Shown: positions 19,422 to 30,514 of the stretch, piece after piece | Layout: each line of letters begins with the position of its first letter | Position numbering within the stretch: the first letter of the stretch is position 1 | DNA from: an uncultured Desulfosarcina sp. | GTDB taxonomy: Bacteria > Desulfobacterota > Desulfobacteria > Desulfobacterales > Desulfosarcinaceae | Assembly (NCBI GenBank): GCA_963674945.2 | Contig: CAXXWQ010000004.1 | Location: forward strand, 736,001-800,000 | Direction: 5' to 3' | DNA: 64,000 bases | Translations under genes and position numbers: made by a program | Notes under the pieces: model-generated | Databases searched by the model: none | The model's input: only the letters and a program-made list of their open reading frames with translations | What the model was told of the DNA's origin: nothing

Positions 19422-21877
19422 CAGGAAACTTGATTTCCTAATTGTTGCATATGGCAAGCAAAACATAATGTAAGTGGTTGAAAAACAGAAAGATAGGAGT
19501 CTGAATCCAGCAGGCCGGTAAGGTATTGCAACCGGAAAATGAACATGGCACCTTTAACCTTATTATCTTGGCGGATAAATGAAAGGAAAAGGATGCCATG
19601 CCTCAACAGATACTACCACTTATTCCTCGCGGTGCAAGACAAATCAACGGGCTTGTCAGTGTATTTCGTGACGATACGACCTGGACCTATTTTCTATCGA
19701 CCGTTCCGATTTATTCTCACAGACAAGGCGATCAACGAATGTTTCGGATGATAACAGCCCAACTGGTTGAATCCGGAGCTTGCCGCCAGATCGATATCCA
19801 AAACACATTCGGCGTATCCAAGAGCAATGTCATCCGATCCGTGAACAAACTCAGGTCCGGCGGCGCCGAGGCATTTTTCGTTCAGCGGCGGGGACGACGC
19901 GGCGGCAAGGTTTTCAAACCTGAGGTGCTTGAACAAGCCCAACGTTTACTGGATCAAGGGTGCTCGAAAAAAGATGCCGCCCTGGAACTTGGCATTAAAT
20001 ACGATACGTTTCGCAAAGCTATAGATGATGGTCGGTTAATCGAATCAAGGATTGGTGAACCGTGTCTAACCAAATCAGATCGGGACATGGTCGACATGGC
20101 TGCTGCCGATGGTATGGGGACGGCTTGCAACCGAGTCGGGGAACGCATATTGGCATCATTGGGCAAAATGGTTGGTGCGCCGGTTCGTTTTGACAGATGC
20201 CTGGACGTTCCCAAAGCAGGCGTTCTTTGTGCGATACCGTCATTGGTGGCAAACGGGTTGTTTACCGGCGCAAAACAGTTCCTCGGCCAAGTCAAAGGCT
20301 ATTACACGATCTTTCATGTCTTGTTGCTGCTTTCGTTTATGGCCTTATGCAGGATCAAGACGACAGAAAAAATACGAGGCCATGCTCCGGGAGAATTTGG
20401 TAAGTTATTGGGCTTGGATCGTGCACCGGAGGTTCGCTGTTTGCGTTACAAGATGGATGCGTTGAGCGCAGACCACGGCGCGGAAAAGTGGGCCGCATAC
20501 CTCGGTAAATACTGGATGGAACAGGCGCCCGAATCGGTTGGCGCGCTTTATGTTGACGGGCATGTACGTGTTTATCATGGAAAATTGACCCGACTACCGC
20601 GCCGCTACGTGTCCCGGGAACGATTGTGCATGAGGGGCATTACCGACTATTGGGTTAACGATGCGATTGGCCGACCTTTTTTTGTCGTCGAAAAGCAGAT
20701 CGATCCTGGATTATTGGCGGTTTTAAGAGACGATATCGTTCCCCGGTTGTTGCAAGACGTTCCGAATCAACCCGGTTTGCAGCAACTACAAGAGAACCCA
20801 TGTTTATGCCGGTTCGTTCTTGTTTTCGACAGGGAAGGATATAGTCCCGCATTCTTCAAGGAAATGTGGGATCGCCATCGAATCGGCTGCATGACGTATC
20901 ATAAGCATCCTGGTGAATCATGGCCGGAGCATTGGTTCACCGAGTATGAAGTTGCGATGCCAAACAAAGAGGTGGTGAAGATGCGGCTTTGCGAAATGGG
21001 TAGTTTGGTGGGATCTGGTAAGGGTGCAACATGGATGCGACAAGTGCGAAAACTGACCGATTCCGGACACCAGACCAGCGTAATCAGCACCGCTTTCGAT
21101 TTGCCGCATACTCAATTGGCAGCACGCATGTTCAGCCGGTGGTGTCAGGAAAACTTTTTCAACTATATGATGCAACATTTTGATATCGATGTGCTTTTAG
21201 ATTATGGTGTCGTTGAATTTCCTGATACCGAACGGGTAATCAACCCCGTTTGGCGGCAATTGAATCAATCCCGTAATTCGTTGCAGAACAAGCTACGATA
21301 TCGTCGTGCCTGTTTTGCCGAGATGACCATTCACCCTGAAAATGAAGACAAACCGGTAAAGTTTAAGAAGTGGATAGAGAAAAAGGCCGAGCTGTTAGAA
21401 GAAATCGAAAAGATGGAGTATCAACTCAGCGAGTTGAAAGAAAAACGAAAACAGACAAGTAAACACATCACGTGGGGAGAACTTGAAGCAAAAGATAAAT
21501 TTTTACGTTTACAACCGGGCAGAAAACGCCTGATGGACACGGTTCGTATGATTGCATATCGTGCAGAGACGGCAATGGTTGGGTTGCTCACGGGTCCGAC
21601 GGTAAACTCGTCGGATGCACGGAGTCTTCTCCAGACACTGTTCCAGACCGAAGGCGATGTACTGCCCGATATTGAAAATCAGCAATTGAATATACGATTG
21701 CACGGCGCTTCGTTCCCAGCGGCCAATCGGGCTCTTTGCCAACTGTTTGCGCATCTGAACAGTGCGCAGGTAAAATACCCCGGTACCGAGCTGCAAATGA
21801 TATTCGAACTAAATGGCTGCAGCACCTCAAATCATGCCGGAGGTGTCACATAGTTTTCCCGGAGATGCAGTGTTCTG
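19422..21877 (+). mobile_element. Insertion sequence, 2456 bp, copy 1
   Basis: Ends CAG...CTG with imperfect TIR (12 of 17 bases match). 5-bp TSD AACAT at 19417-19421 and 21878-21882. Duplicated at 58330-60785. Confidence 0.95.
19598..21853 (+). CDS. Large DDE transposase (IS4-superfamily/IS1634-like motifs) with N-terminal HTH
   Basis: YVDGH, VFDREG and RWCQENFF motifs. It is the single long ORF inside the duplicated element. Confidence 0.88.
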   Translation: MPQQILPLIPRGARQINGLVSVFRDDTTWTYFLSTVPIYSHRQGDQRMFRMITAQLVESGACRQIDIQNTFGVSKSNVIRSVNKLRSGGAEAFFVQRRGRRGGKVFKPEVLEQAQRLLDQGCSKKDAALELGIKYDTFRKAIDDGRLIESRIGEPCLTKSDRDMVDMAAADGMGTACNRVGERILASLGKMVGAPVRFDRCLDVPKAGVLCAIPSLVANGLFTGAKQFLGQVKGYYTIFHVLLLLSFMALCRIKTTEKIRGHAPGEFGKLLGLDRAPEVRCLRYKMDALSADHGAEKWAAYLGKYWMEQAPESVGALYVDGHVRVYHGKLTRLPRRYVSRERLCMRGITDYWVNDAIGRPFFVVEKQIDPGLLAVLRDDIVPRLLQDVPNQPGLQQLQENPCLCRFVLVFDREGYSPAFFKEMWDRHRIGCMTYHKHPGESWPEHWFTEYEVAMPNKEVVKMRLCEMGSLVGSGKGATWMRQVRKLTDSGHQTSVISTAFDLPHTQLAARMFSRWCQENFFNYMMQHFDIDVLLDYGVVEFPDTERVINPVWRQLNQSRNSLQNKLRYRRACFAEMTIHPENEDKPVKFKKWIEKKAELLEEIEKMEYQLSELKEKRKQTSKHITWGELEAKDKFLRLQPGRKRLMDTVRMIAYRAETAMVGLLTGPTVNSSDARSLLQTLFQTEGDVLPDIENQQLNIRLHGASFPAANRALCQLFAHLNSAQVKYPGTELQMIFELNGCSTSNHAGGVT

Positions 21878-24323
21878 AACATGAAGCCGTCGCCGTTGCC
21901 ATTGTTCATCCAAGGATCTGCCCAGGGGTTGGGATCCCAGTCTGTGGTGGAATAATAACAAAGCCCGTCAACTCTCTCGAGCCAGGCCAGCCAAGGAACG
22001 ATCCGCGCCTCGAGCCCCGGCCGGTCCATTATTGTCGGGTTGGGCAGCGGCGGTCTGTCCCCATACAAAAAATACCACCACACTTCTTCCCCGTGATTGC
22101 GCTGTCGGTCATGGGCCCTTTCCACCTGATAATTGCTGATGGTCGGCATCCAGATATCGATCTTGGCGCCGGGATAAGTAGGGTTGTCGTAGATATCCGG
22201 CTCCACCTGCTCGCTGACCATGATCCGAACATGCGGAGCTGACAGTTTGGTCTGCTGGGATAGATATGCAACAATATCGTAGTCGTTGCCTGCACCTGCT
22301 TCCAGTCCTGTTTGCGGTTCGTTGACAATGTGATAATAGCCCTTGGCGGCATAATCGGAAGAACTGCCCACATAATCATCGACGGCGGTCCAGTACTGGA
22401 ACCATTTGGCATTGTATGGATCACTACCGGGTGGTTCTTCCCCCCTGCTTTGCCCGCAGAAAGAATAGGGCCTGCTATCCGGCGGCCAATTGCTGCTGGG
22501 TCCTTTCATCAAAAAACTCGGAAATCCGGTACCATTATCCAGGGCACCGCCGCTCAGATACTTTGCCGCCAGCGTATGAAAATCCCAATCCCCCCATGCA
22601 TCCGGGTCGAGGCCGCCGTTACAATCGTATTCCACGCCACCCGGATAGTTTACTCCCGCGGGCCATCCAACCCCTTTTGGCGTTAACCGGTGGTCGGCAA
22701 AATCCTCGTAAAGGGCATCCACCAGATCCCAATAACATTCATGAACGCCGCCTTCGGTTCCCTTGTATTCTTCCACCACGTTGCTCCACCCAAACCCCCA
22801 CTCGCCTGCCAGGTTGATCTGTGAAGGCAAATCAAAATCCCACACCTCCAGCTGCACGGGCACTGTCGTCGCACCGATGGTGACGGTGGCCGTGTACACG
22901 CCCGGCGCACTGCCTTTTGGGATATGAACGGTGAACCAAAGGGGCTGGTTCGTATTGGCGGGAAACAGGATGCTCTCCCCCAAAACGACTGGATAGAGCG
23001 GATCGGGCCAGTCGCCGATACGCCCGAAATGGTCGCTTATCTGCGACACGGGGACATAATCCACCCGATACAAGGCGACATTGGCGGCGGTGATGGTCTT
23101 ACTTTGGCTGACGAAATCGGAAATGGTCACCGACTCACTTCGCGTTGTTTCTGCTCGCACCACAAGCTGAAAGGGTTCGAATTCACCCCCTGCCCCCCGT
23201 ATTCGCAGGATGGACGAATGCACCGGCGGTTGATTGGTCTTGAGGACTTTTTCCACGGGTGGCGCGGCCCAGACATCCATTCCCTGATCGTTTGTCGCAT
23301 CGATCTTATGAAAATACCCTCCCGCCTCGGGTGCACCTGAAACACCGCTTATGGTCGGCTTTCCCAAAATGACCAATTCCGGTGCCGGGTGCCATGCTTT
23401 TTCCAACACATCGAAATAGATGTAGTACGTATTCGTGTGTCCGTCGACATTCCATTTGATAACACCGCCACCATCTTGGTCCACAAGCCGCAGGTTGTCG
23501 AACCAGAGGATCAGTCGGTCTCCATCGTCCCATAGCCCACTGTTCCCGCTTACCGTCTCGTTGTCCCGGGTGTGAAATTCCATGCGCGTGATGCTGGCGA
23601 AATCGGGTGTCGTGCAGGTATGAAAGGGTTTTAGCGGCACGCTGGCAAAATTCCACATATCGAGTGCCAGCGGCGGCCCCCCCTGGGTGATATTGCTCTG
23701 TCCGCAGCCCTGGGTATTGTAGAGTTTGAAATAATACAGATCGGGAGCCTGATCCAGTGCAGACCCGTTGACTTCGGGCCACACATCATAAGCAAACACC
23801 TCATAGTCGCGCCAGTCGGTGAGACCATCGGCGATGTGCAATTCGACGCCGGGATAACCGTAGCCGCCAGAAAGATTTTCGACGGTCGCCTTCAAGGAAC
23901 CCGAGCCCTGGGAAAAGCGGGTATTGTCCGGCTGCGCGCTGCCGTCGTTAACCGACCAGTAAACACCCGAAGAACGCCATCCGATCTGGGGATCATCGGC
24001 GTTTTCGAGTATGACGCTGTAAGTCTCTTGATAGGCAACGGCATCTTCGGGAAAAGAGCCGTTGTAGGGCAGGACTCTGATGGAACGAATGTCCAGCAAG
24101 CCGCCGTTTAGACCCAGCGCCTCGAATACCTTGGTGAAATTGATGGAGACCTGTCCCACCCCGTTGCCCGTTACATTGACGGGAATACGATAGGGCCATG
24201 CCTCATTCCACCATTGATCGGCTTCATTGGCATGGGAAAAAGTGGCCATTTGTGGAACAACGACCAACAGGAGCGTGGACACAATTGAAAAAAGTATGTG
24301 ATTAAAATGTTTCACCGAAAAAA

Positions 24324-25082
24324 TCAGTACGTTGAAGAATAAAAGTGTTTCTTTCGTGGCTTGATGGGCTTTTTCCAGCGATTTTTCCCTCCTTCATAAA
24401 GCCATTTGTCGGGGAACCCCCGTTGCTGGATGAAAGTTGGCCGTTTGGCCCATTGGGTCAGCTTTTCATATGCGTCATGGATCTTTACAAAGGTGTCCCG
24501 GCTGCCACCCAGGTCCGGGTGATGCTTCATGGCCTGGCGCCGAAATGCACTTTTTATTTTCGACTCCAAGTTGGCCAAGGTAAGATCCTCGACGTCCAAT
24601 TTCAGTTGAACCAGGTTGCTGGCTTTCACCGATGGGATCGTGAGCACCGCCGGCATGACGGAATTCAACGGTGCCTTGCTTTTGCACGCCTGATGCAAAA
24701 CCTGCTCGGAGGCAAGATAGCGTTTGCTGGTACGCTGTTTTTCCTCCCACCAGAGACTACCCAACATATTGGACAGAAGACGAAAATCCTCCACTGGCTT
24801 TCCACCCGGCGAACGGGGCAGCATATAGCTATGGATCCGCTCCATGCCGTAAAGCAGGACATCCATCATAATGGCGAAATCCGAAAAATAGAAGGTAGCA
24901 TACCGGGTCCCCAGGGCTTTCAACAATCCCGTGCGTCGATTCAAGGACGCAAGCAGGTACTGCTGGCATTCCATGGAGCAATAGCGGTGGCGACGGGTCG
25001 GAAGCGTTTCACCGCACGCCAGACAACGCCTGTTGCTTTTGGATGTGGCGATCGGCACCATTTTTCTTGCGTTATCTTGCAT
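24324..25082 (-). CDS. J-domain-containing protein with N-terminal Cys4 zinc-finger-like motif
   Basis: IKSAFRRQAMKHHPDLGG (HPD motif) and CLACG...YCSMEC. Confidence 0.85.
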   Translation of the reverse strand: MQDNARKMVPIATSKSNRRCLACGETLPTRRHRYCSMECQQYLLASLNRRTGLLKALGTRYATFYFSDFAIMMDVLLYGMERIHSYMLPRSPGGKPVEDFRLLSNMLGSLWWEEKQRTSKRYLASEQVLHQACKSKAPLNSVMPAVLTIPSVKASNLVQLKLDVEDLTLANLESKIKSAFRRQAMKHHPDLGGSRDTFVKIHDAYEKLTQWAKRPTFIQQRGFPDKWLYEGGKNRWKKPIKPRKKHFYSSTY

Positions 25083-25213
25083 GGTCCGTCCACCATACCG
25101 GTTATTTCCAAAAAATTAAAGCCCGCTTTATTGCAAAGTGGGCGTTTTGCTCTATGACGAATGATATCAAAACGATACCTGAATTTCCAACGGAATCCCG
25201 AACGATGTGCCGC

Positions 25214-25633
25214 CTACGGTCCCGTTTGCTGGATCGAGGCTCTCCTTTCCATTGCATTTGCTTCATGAACAATCGACGCGCTGGAGGCTACGGAATGAGG
25301 CAAATATCCGCATCGAAATTTCGTGCTCTCATCGAGCCCTGCCTCCACTGCCTGCATGAAACGCTTCATACCCACCGAATCCATGCATTCAAACGTAAAC
25401 ACCATCACGGCACAACGTGGAAAAATACCTTTGATTTGATTGAAAACATCCCACCCCGAGTAATTGTCAAATGCGTGTCTGATCAGAATCAAATCCGGCT
25501 CACGACCACGAGGCGGATTGATCACTGTTTCAAGCCGGTCGGTTCGATCAACATCATGACGATTTCGGATCAACGTGAGTTTGAGAAGTGCGGATCCAGA
25601 TCTGCCGTCGTCAAGGATCAATATTCTCGCCAT
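25214..25633 (-). CDS. Degenerate response-regulator receiver domain protein
   Basis: RILILDD...PDLILI pattern. The phosphoacceptor Asp appears replaced. Confidence 0.65.
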   Translation of the reverse strand: MARILILDDGRSGSALLKLTLIRNRHDVDRTDRLETVINPPRGREPDLILIRHAFDNYSGWDVFNQIKGIFPRCAVMVFTFECMDSVGMKRFMQAVEAGLDESTKFRCGYLPHSVASSASIVHEANAMERRASIQQTGP

Positions 25634-25690
25634 TTGTATTCCTTTGTTTGACGTTTTCTCTTCTGTCGTCTCTCATCCATCACTCAAATT

Positions 25691-25706
25691 TGCAATACGC
25701 CTGCCA
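25691..25706 (-). promoter_or_regulatory. Sigma54 (-24/-12) promoter candidate
   Basis: Minus strand reads TGGCAG-GCGTA-TTGCA, about 60 bp upstream of ATG 25633. Confidence 0.6.
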
Positions 25707-26171
25707 AAACTGTATTCGTATTTATCGAACTGATATTGCACCTCTTCCGGTAATTCCCGGAAAACGCGGTCATCCCACCATTGTCGAAATCCTTTACACT
25801 TTGGAAAGATTTGGATACGATCACGATACCGGTCTCGTTTCGCGGCTGAGTTTCAAATCGGTGCATTAGAAACAAATTTTCCGAAGATGGAATAGTTGCG
25901 CAAGGGTAAAACGGCAGCGATCGTACATAGAGTCGTAATCGATTGTATTTGATGAAAAATAATCGGGAGTGACTGGAACGATCATCATTGGTTAAAAAAT
26001 ATAAAAGCATCTGGCATATGTCAAATGAAAAGCGATAGGATGGCTACCTCTTCATTGGTTTGAGACGACGAACCGTGAAATATGGTCTATATTTTGCTGC
26101 CTGGGATGGTATTCGTCCAGAATCAGGAAAATTTGGATGATCCGTTATCCACCGTCGCCAGAAGGTTCCCT

Positions 26172-27041
26172 ATGAATGGCTCTTTCGAACGACCAAATCC
26201 TTTATACAAACTGACCGAACTGATTCTGGTTGTTTCTATTGTTTTCGGCATCGGATGGATTCGTTTTCTCACAGGCCCTGAATTTGCATTCTCTTTATTC
26301 TATTTGTTTCCCATCATCGTATTCACCTGGAGGAAAGGTTTATTCGGCGGCATACTGATTTCTCTATTGAGTGCCATATCGTGGCTTATCGGAGATCTTT
26401 ACATGGTTGATCGATTCTCACGGCCCCACGTACCATTCTTCAATGTCTCCTTCCGGCTCGCGGTATTTCTGTTCATCGTGTTTTTGATCGTGAGATACAA
26501 ACGGATCATGGAATCACTAAAAACACAGGCGATGATGGATCCATTGACAGGGATCACCAATCGGCGTGCCTTCTTCCAGCTGGCAAAAACCGAAATCGAT
26601 CGTTCCCGAAGGTACGACAACCCGTTCTCGGTCCTAGTCCTCGACATTGACGATTTCAAACAGATAAACGACCAATTTGGGCATCATACGGGCGATGATC
26701 TCCTGATAACGGTAGGGGAAACCATAAAACAGCACGTTCGCGCCATCGATATCGTTTCCCGCTTTGGCGGGGACGAATTCGTTATTTTGCTGATCAAGAC
26801 AAACAGGGATGCGGCTTTCCGGATTGCACAAAAAATTCGGCAGCAATTGCTGTACACGATGCAAAAGCACCATTGGCCGGTAACCTTCAGCATGGGGCTG
26901 GTTACCTTTCTCTTCGCTCCCGAAACTGTGGATGAAACCATCAAGGTTGCCGACGAATTGATGTACCAAGTCAAAAATAATGGCAAGGATGACGTAAAAC
27001 ATATGGTCATGCAGACAAAGTCGGCGATGTCAGGTACATGA
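26172..27041 (+). CDS. Membrane-bound diguanylate cyclase (GGDEF)
   Basis: N-terminal TM helices, DPLTGITNRR, DIDDFKQINDQFGH, RAID I-site and RFGGDEF. Start may be at 26082. Confidence 0.93.
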   Translation: MNGSFERPNPLYKLTELILVVSIVFGIGWIRFLTGPEFAFSLFYLFPIIVFTWRKGLFGGILISLLSAISWLIGDLYMVDRFSRPHVPFFNVSFRLAVFLFIVFLIVRYKRIMESLKTQAMMDPLTGITNRRAFFQLAKTEIDRSRRYDNPFSVLVLDIDDFKQINDQFGHHTGDDLLITVGETIKQHVRAIDIVSRFGGDEFVILLIKTNRDAAFRIAQKIRQQLLYTMQKHHWPVTFSMGLVTFLFAPETVDETIKVADELMYQVKNNGKDDVKHMVMQTKSAMSGT

Positions 27042-30000
27042 AACGAATGGGCAAGGATATTTTCAACTGGGTGTTGGGGATTGGCCTTTCTGGGATGATC
27101 ATTCTCACCAATGTGCTGTTTCCAGCCCAAGCACGATCCGATGGAACGCCGGTAAAAATTGGTGTCCTGGCCATTCGAGGGGTAGAGCAATGCCTGGAAG
27201 ACTGGCTCCCAACGGCAGACTATCTCTCCGAAAAAATACCCGGTCACCGGTTTATCATCGTGCCATTGGAACACGATCGGGTTTACCCCAGTGTGGAAGC
27301 GGGAGAAGTGGATTTCATCCTGGCCAACCCGGCATACTATGTGGGGTTGGAACGCTGGTACAAGGCCAATCGGATTGCAACACGCAAGACGATCTACAAT
27401 GGTCGCGTCCATACCCAATACGGCGGCGTGATTTTCTGCCGTCGGGATCGCAAAAACATTCGCAATCTCGACGACCTTAAGGGAAAATCCTTCATGGCCG
27501 TGTCCGAGACGTCCCTGGGCGGATGGCTCATGGCCTGGCGGGAACTCAAAGAAAATGGGATTGATCCATATCATGACTTCTCGTCCCTGCATTTTGTTCA
27601 AAACCAGGACGAGGTCGTCTATATGGTTCGCGATGGTCAGGCAGACGCGGGAACGGTAAGGACCGGTATTCTCGAGAAACTTTCCTCCATGGGAAAAATC
27701 GATCTATCCCAATTTTATGTGCTGCCCAAAACCCAGAAATCGAACGATCCGACACCGTACCTGTGCACCACACGTCAATATCCGGATTGGCCCATGGCCA
27801 AGGTTCTCCATACTTCAGACGAACTGGCCGAGAAGGTGGCCGTGGCCCTTGTGCAATTGCCCGCCGAATCGAAAGCGGCAATGGCAGCCGGATATGCCGG
27901 ATGGACCATTCCGTTGAATTACCAGTCGGTACACGAATGTATGATCGTCTTGAAGGTGGGACCGTACGCGAATATTGACAAAATTGCCCTGATCGGCGTT
28001 TTGCGAAAATACGGCCATTGGATCATTCTTGCCTGTTCTGCCTTTTGTATTTTGTTTGTTTTCACCGTCATCGTCTCGAAACTCAACCGTAAAATCAAGG
28101 CATCTAACGCATTGTTGAAGATCGAGATGGATCTTCACAAACAAAAAGACCGGGAACTCCAACAGGCAAAGGAAGAAGCGGAATCCGCTACCCGTGCCAA
28201 AAGCGAATTTCTGGCGAACATGAGCCATGAAATCCGAACACCGATGAACGGCGTCATCGTGGCAACGGATTTGGCGCTTGGTGAAACGGTATCACCGAAA
28301 GTCGAAAACTACCTGAAGATCATTCAAAGCTCCGCCTTCTCCCTACTCGGCATCATCAACGACATTCTCGATTTTTCCAAGATCGAAGCCGGCAAGATCA
28401 CTTTGAAGGAACGGATCTTTCGCCTGAGTGAGGTCTTCGATCGGGTGATGGAGGTCTTCGTCAACAAGGCCGCCGACAAAGGGATCGAACTCTTGGTGGA
28501 TATCGCCCCGGACACGTGCAAATTGGTTCTGGGTGATCCCCTGCGGCTGCAGCAGGTGCTGACCAACCTCATCAGCAACGCCATTAAATTCACGGAAACA
28601 GGCTCCATTCTTCTCAGCGTCGAGGAAAAGGACGACGAAACCGAAAAAACGGACGCAAACGAGATCAATTTGGAATTTCACGTGAAGGACACGGGTACGG
28701 GGATCGCTCCGGAGTATATGGAAATGCTCTTCGAACCGTTCAGCCAGGCGGACACCTCATCCACAAGGCAGTACGAAGGCACCGGTTTGGGGCTGACCAT
28801 CTGTAAGCAGTTGGTGACGCTCATGGGCGGGGACATCGGCGTGGAGTCTACCCTGAACGAAGGTAGTACCTTCTCCTTTACCGTTCGTATGCGCCGTCCC
28901 ATGGACGAACCCACGCCCGCCAAGTTTCTTGTCCCACCGGACATTCAAGGGCTCAACGTCCTCGTGGTGGACGATCTGTCCGACAGCCGGATTATCATGC
29001 GGAGAATGTTGTCTTCTTTGGGTTTTACGGTGCAGGCCCTGGCTTCGGGACCCGAGGCACTGAACCGGTTGAAGGACAATCAGCTACGCAGTAACCCCAT
29101 TGAGTTGATCCTGATGGACTGGAAAATGCCGGAGATGGACGGCATCGAGGTGTCAAGAAAGATCCGGCAGGAACTGAAGCTAACCATGCCCATCATCATG
29201 ATGACCGCCTTCGGCAAGGAGGAGCAACGCATTCAGGCGGAAAAGGCGGGGATCAACGGATTCTTGACCAAACCCATCTATCCGTCCACACTGTTCGACG
29301 CCATCATGGACGGCTTCGGCAAACAGGGTCGAAAGGGCACCGCCGTTCCAAAACATTTCACGACCCGGGCGTCCATGTATCGCAAGCCATTAAAAGGATT
29401 AAAGGTCCTGGTTGCCGAAGACAACCCAACGAACCAGCAGGTGGCGCAGGCCATGTTGGAAAAGGCCGGCATTTCGGTCACCATCGTTAAAAACGGAGAG
29501 GAGGCGGTTTCGGCCGTCCGTCAAAAACGATTCGATGCCATTTTAATGGATGTTCAGATGCCCAGGATGAACGGTTACGAGGCCACCCGGCTGATCCGAA
29601 AAGATCCCCAAAATGCGTCGCTTCCCATCGTTGCCATGACGGCCCACGCCATGAAAGGGGACGAGGAAAAATGTCTCGAGGCGGGAATGGACGGATACAT
29701 CTCCAAACCCGTTAACCAGGATCGGCTTTTTCTCACCCTTTGGCGCCTGTTGCGGTCCCGTTCGGACTTGCCGGAATCCATGGATACGGGCACCCTCCCC
29801 CAACCCCCGGAAAACCCATTGGACGACATCGAGGATAAAGAGAAGCAACCTTTTTCTGATATTGAAAAAACATCCAGGGAGTCGGCACAGCTTCCGGAAG
29901 AACTTCCCGGCATTCAGATTGCCCGGGCATTGGATGCTCTCAAGATCGACGAGACGACCTACATCCGAATCGTCATCGGATTTCATTCCGATAACCAGCA

Positions 30001-30514
30001 AACCGGCACAATGCTGCGACAGGCCTTTGAACAGGACGATACGGAACAACTTCTACAACTGGCCCATGGGCTCAAGGGAAGCGCCGCCAACATCGGTGCC
30101 GTGGCGTTGGAGGAAGCTGCAAAAGCCCTGGAAAAAGCCTGCCGGAAAAAATCTCTGTCAAATTCCGAAGGAACCGACCTGAAAGAAGCCATCGAAACGG
30201 TGGTGTCGGCTATGGAACAGGTCTTCGCGTCCATCGGATGGATTTCTGAGCAAGGCATATACGATGGCGAAATCTCGACACCAGGGCCGACCAGCCTGCC
30301 CTATGATGAGCTTTTGGATCGACTCATGCAGGCCCTGGAATCGGCCGATCCGGAACAGATCGCTGCAATCCTGCCGGACTTTACGAAGGCGGCCGCCCAA
30401 GGGAATTACTTGCCCCCCCATCGACGTAAGGTGGTGGAGAAGCAAATCAACAGCTACGATTACGATCAGGCATTGAAAACACTACGACAAACTGTTGACC
30501 AGGAAAAATCATGA
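27038..30514 (+). CDS. Hybrid sensor histidine kinase (PhnD-like periplasmic domain, HisKA, HATPase, 2 REC, HPt)
   Basis: FLANMSHEIRTPMN, NAIKFT, DTGTGI, GTGLGL, LMDWKMP, LMDVQMP and AHGLKGSAANIGA. Confidence 0.95.
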   Translation: MKRMGKDIFNWVLGIGLSGMIILTNVLFPAQARSDGTPVKIGVLAIRGVEQCLEDWLPTADYLSEKIPGHRFIIVPLEHDRVYPSVEAGEVDFILANPAYYVGLERWYKANRIATRKTIYNGRVHTQYGGVIFCRRDRKNIRNLDDLKGKSFMAVSETSLGGWLMAWRELKENGIDPYHDFSSLHFVQNQDEVVYMVRDGQADAGTVRTGILEKLSSMGKIDLSQFYVLPKTQKSNDPTPYLCTTRQYPDWPMAKVLHTSDELAEKVAVALVQLPAESKAAMAAGYAGWTIPLNYQSVHECMIVLKVGPYANIDKIALIGVLRKYGHWIILACSAFCILFVFTVIVSKLNRKIKASNALLKIEMDLHKQKDRELQQAKEEAESATRAKSEFLANMSHEIRTPMNGVIVATDLALGETVSPKVENYLKIIQSSAFSLLGIINDILDFSKIEAGKITLKERIFRLSEVFDRVMEVFVNKAADKGIELLVDIAPDTCKLVLGDPLRLQQVLTNLISNAIKFTETGSILLSVEEKDDETEKTDANEINLEFHVKDTGTGIAPEYMEMLFEPFSQADTSSTRQYEGTGLGLTICKQLVTLMGGDIGVESTLNEGSTFSFTVRMRRPMDEPTPAKFLVPPDIQGLNVLVVDDLSDSRIIMRRMLSSLGFTVQALASGPEALNRLKDNQLRSNPIELILMDWKMPEMDGIEVSRKIRQELKLTMPIIMMTAFGKEEQRIQAEKAGINGFLTKPIYPSTLFDAIMDGFGKQGRKGTAVPKHFTTRASMYRKPLKGLKVLVAEDNPTNQQVAQAMLEKAGISVTIVKNGEEAVSAVRQKRFDAILMDVQMPRMNGYEATRLIRKDPQNASLPIVAMTAHAMKGDEEKCLEAGMDGYISKPVNQDRLFLTLWRLLRSRSDLPESMDTGTLPQPPENPLDDIEDKEKQPFSDIEKTSRESAQLPEELPGIQIARALDALKIDETTYIRIVIGFHSDNQQTGTMLRQAFEQDDTEQLLQLAHGLKGSAANIGAVALEEAAKALEKACRKKSLSNSEGTDLKEAIETVVSAMEQVFASIGWISEQGIYDGEISTPGPTSLPYDELLDRLMQALESADPEQIAAILPDFTKAAAQGNYLPPHRRKVVEKQINSYDYDQALKTLRQTVDQEKS

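Larger units (their letters stand above)
19089..24315 (-). pseudogene. Secreted DUF4091 / GH123-like protein (about 921 aa when restored) interrupted by an IS
   Basis: N-terminal signal peptide. Removing 19422-21882 restores NGDGFMF-YPP...SIRWELLREGMEDYEYL in frame. Confidence 0.85.

Noticed and set aside
19089..19466. Independent 125-aa gene
   Set aside because: It is the C-terminal fragment of the IS-split DUF4091 gene, with a start supplied by IS sequence.
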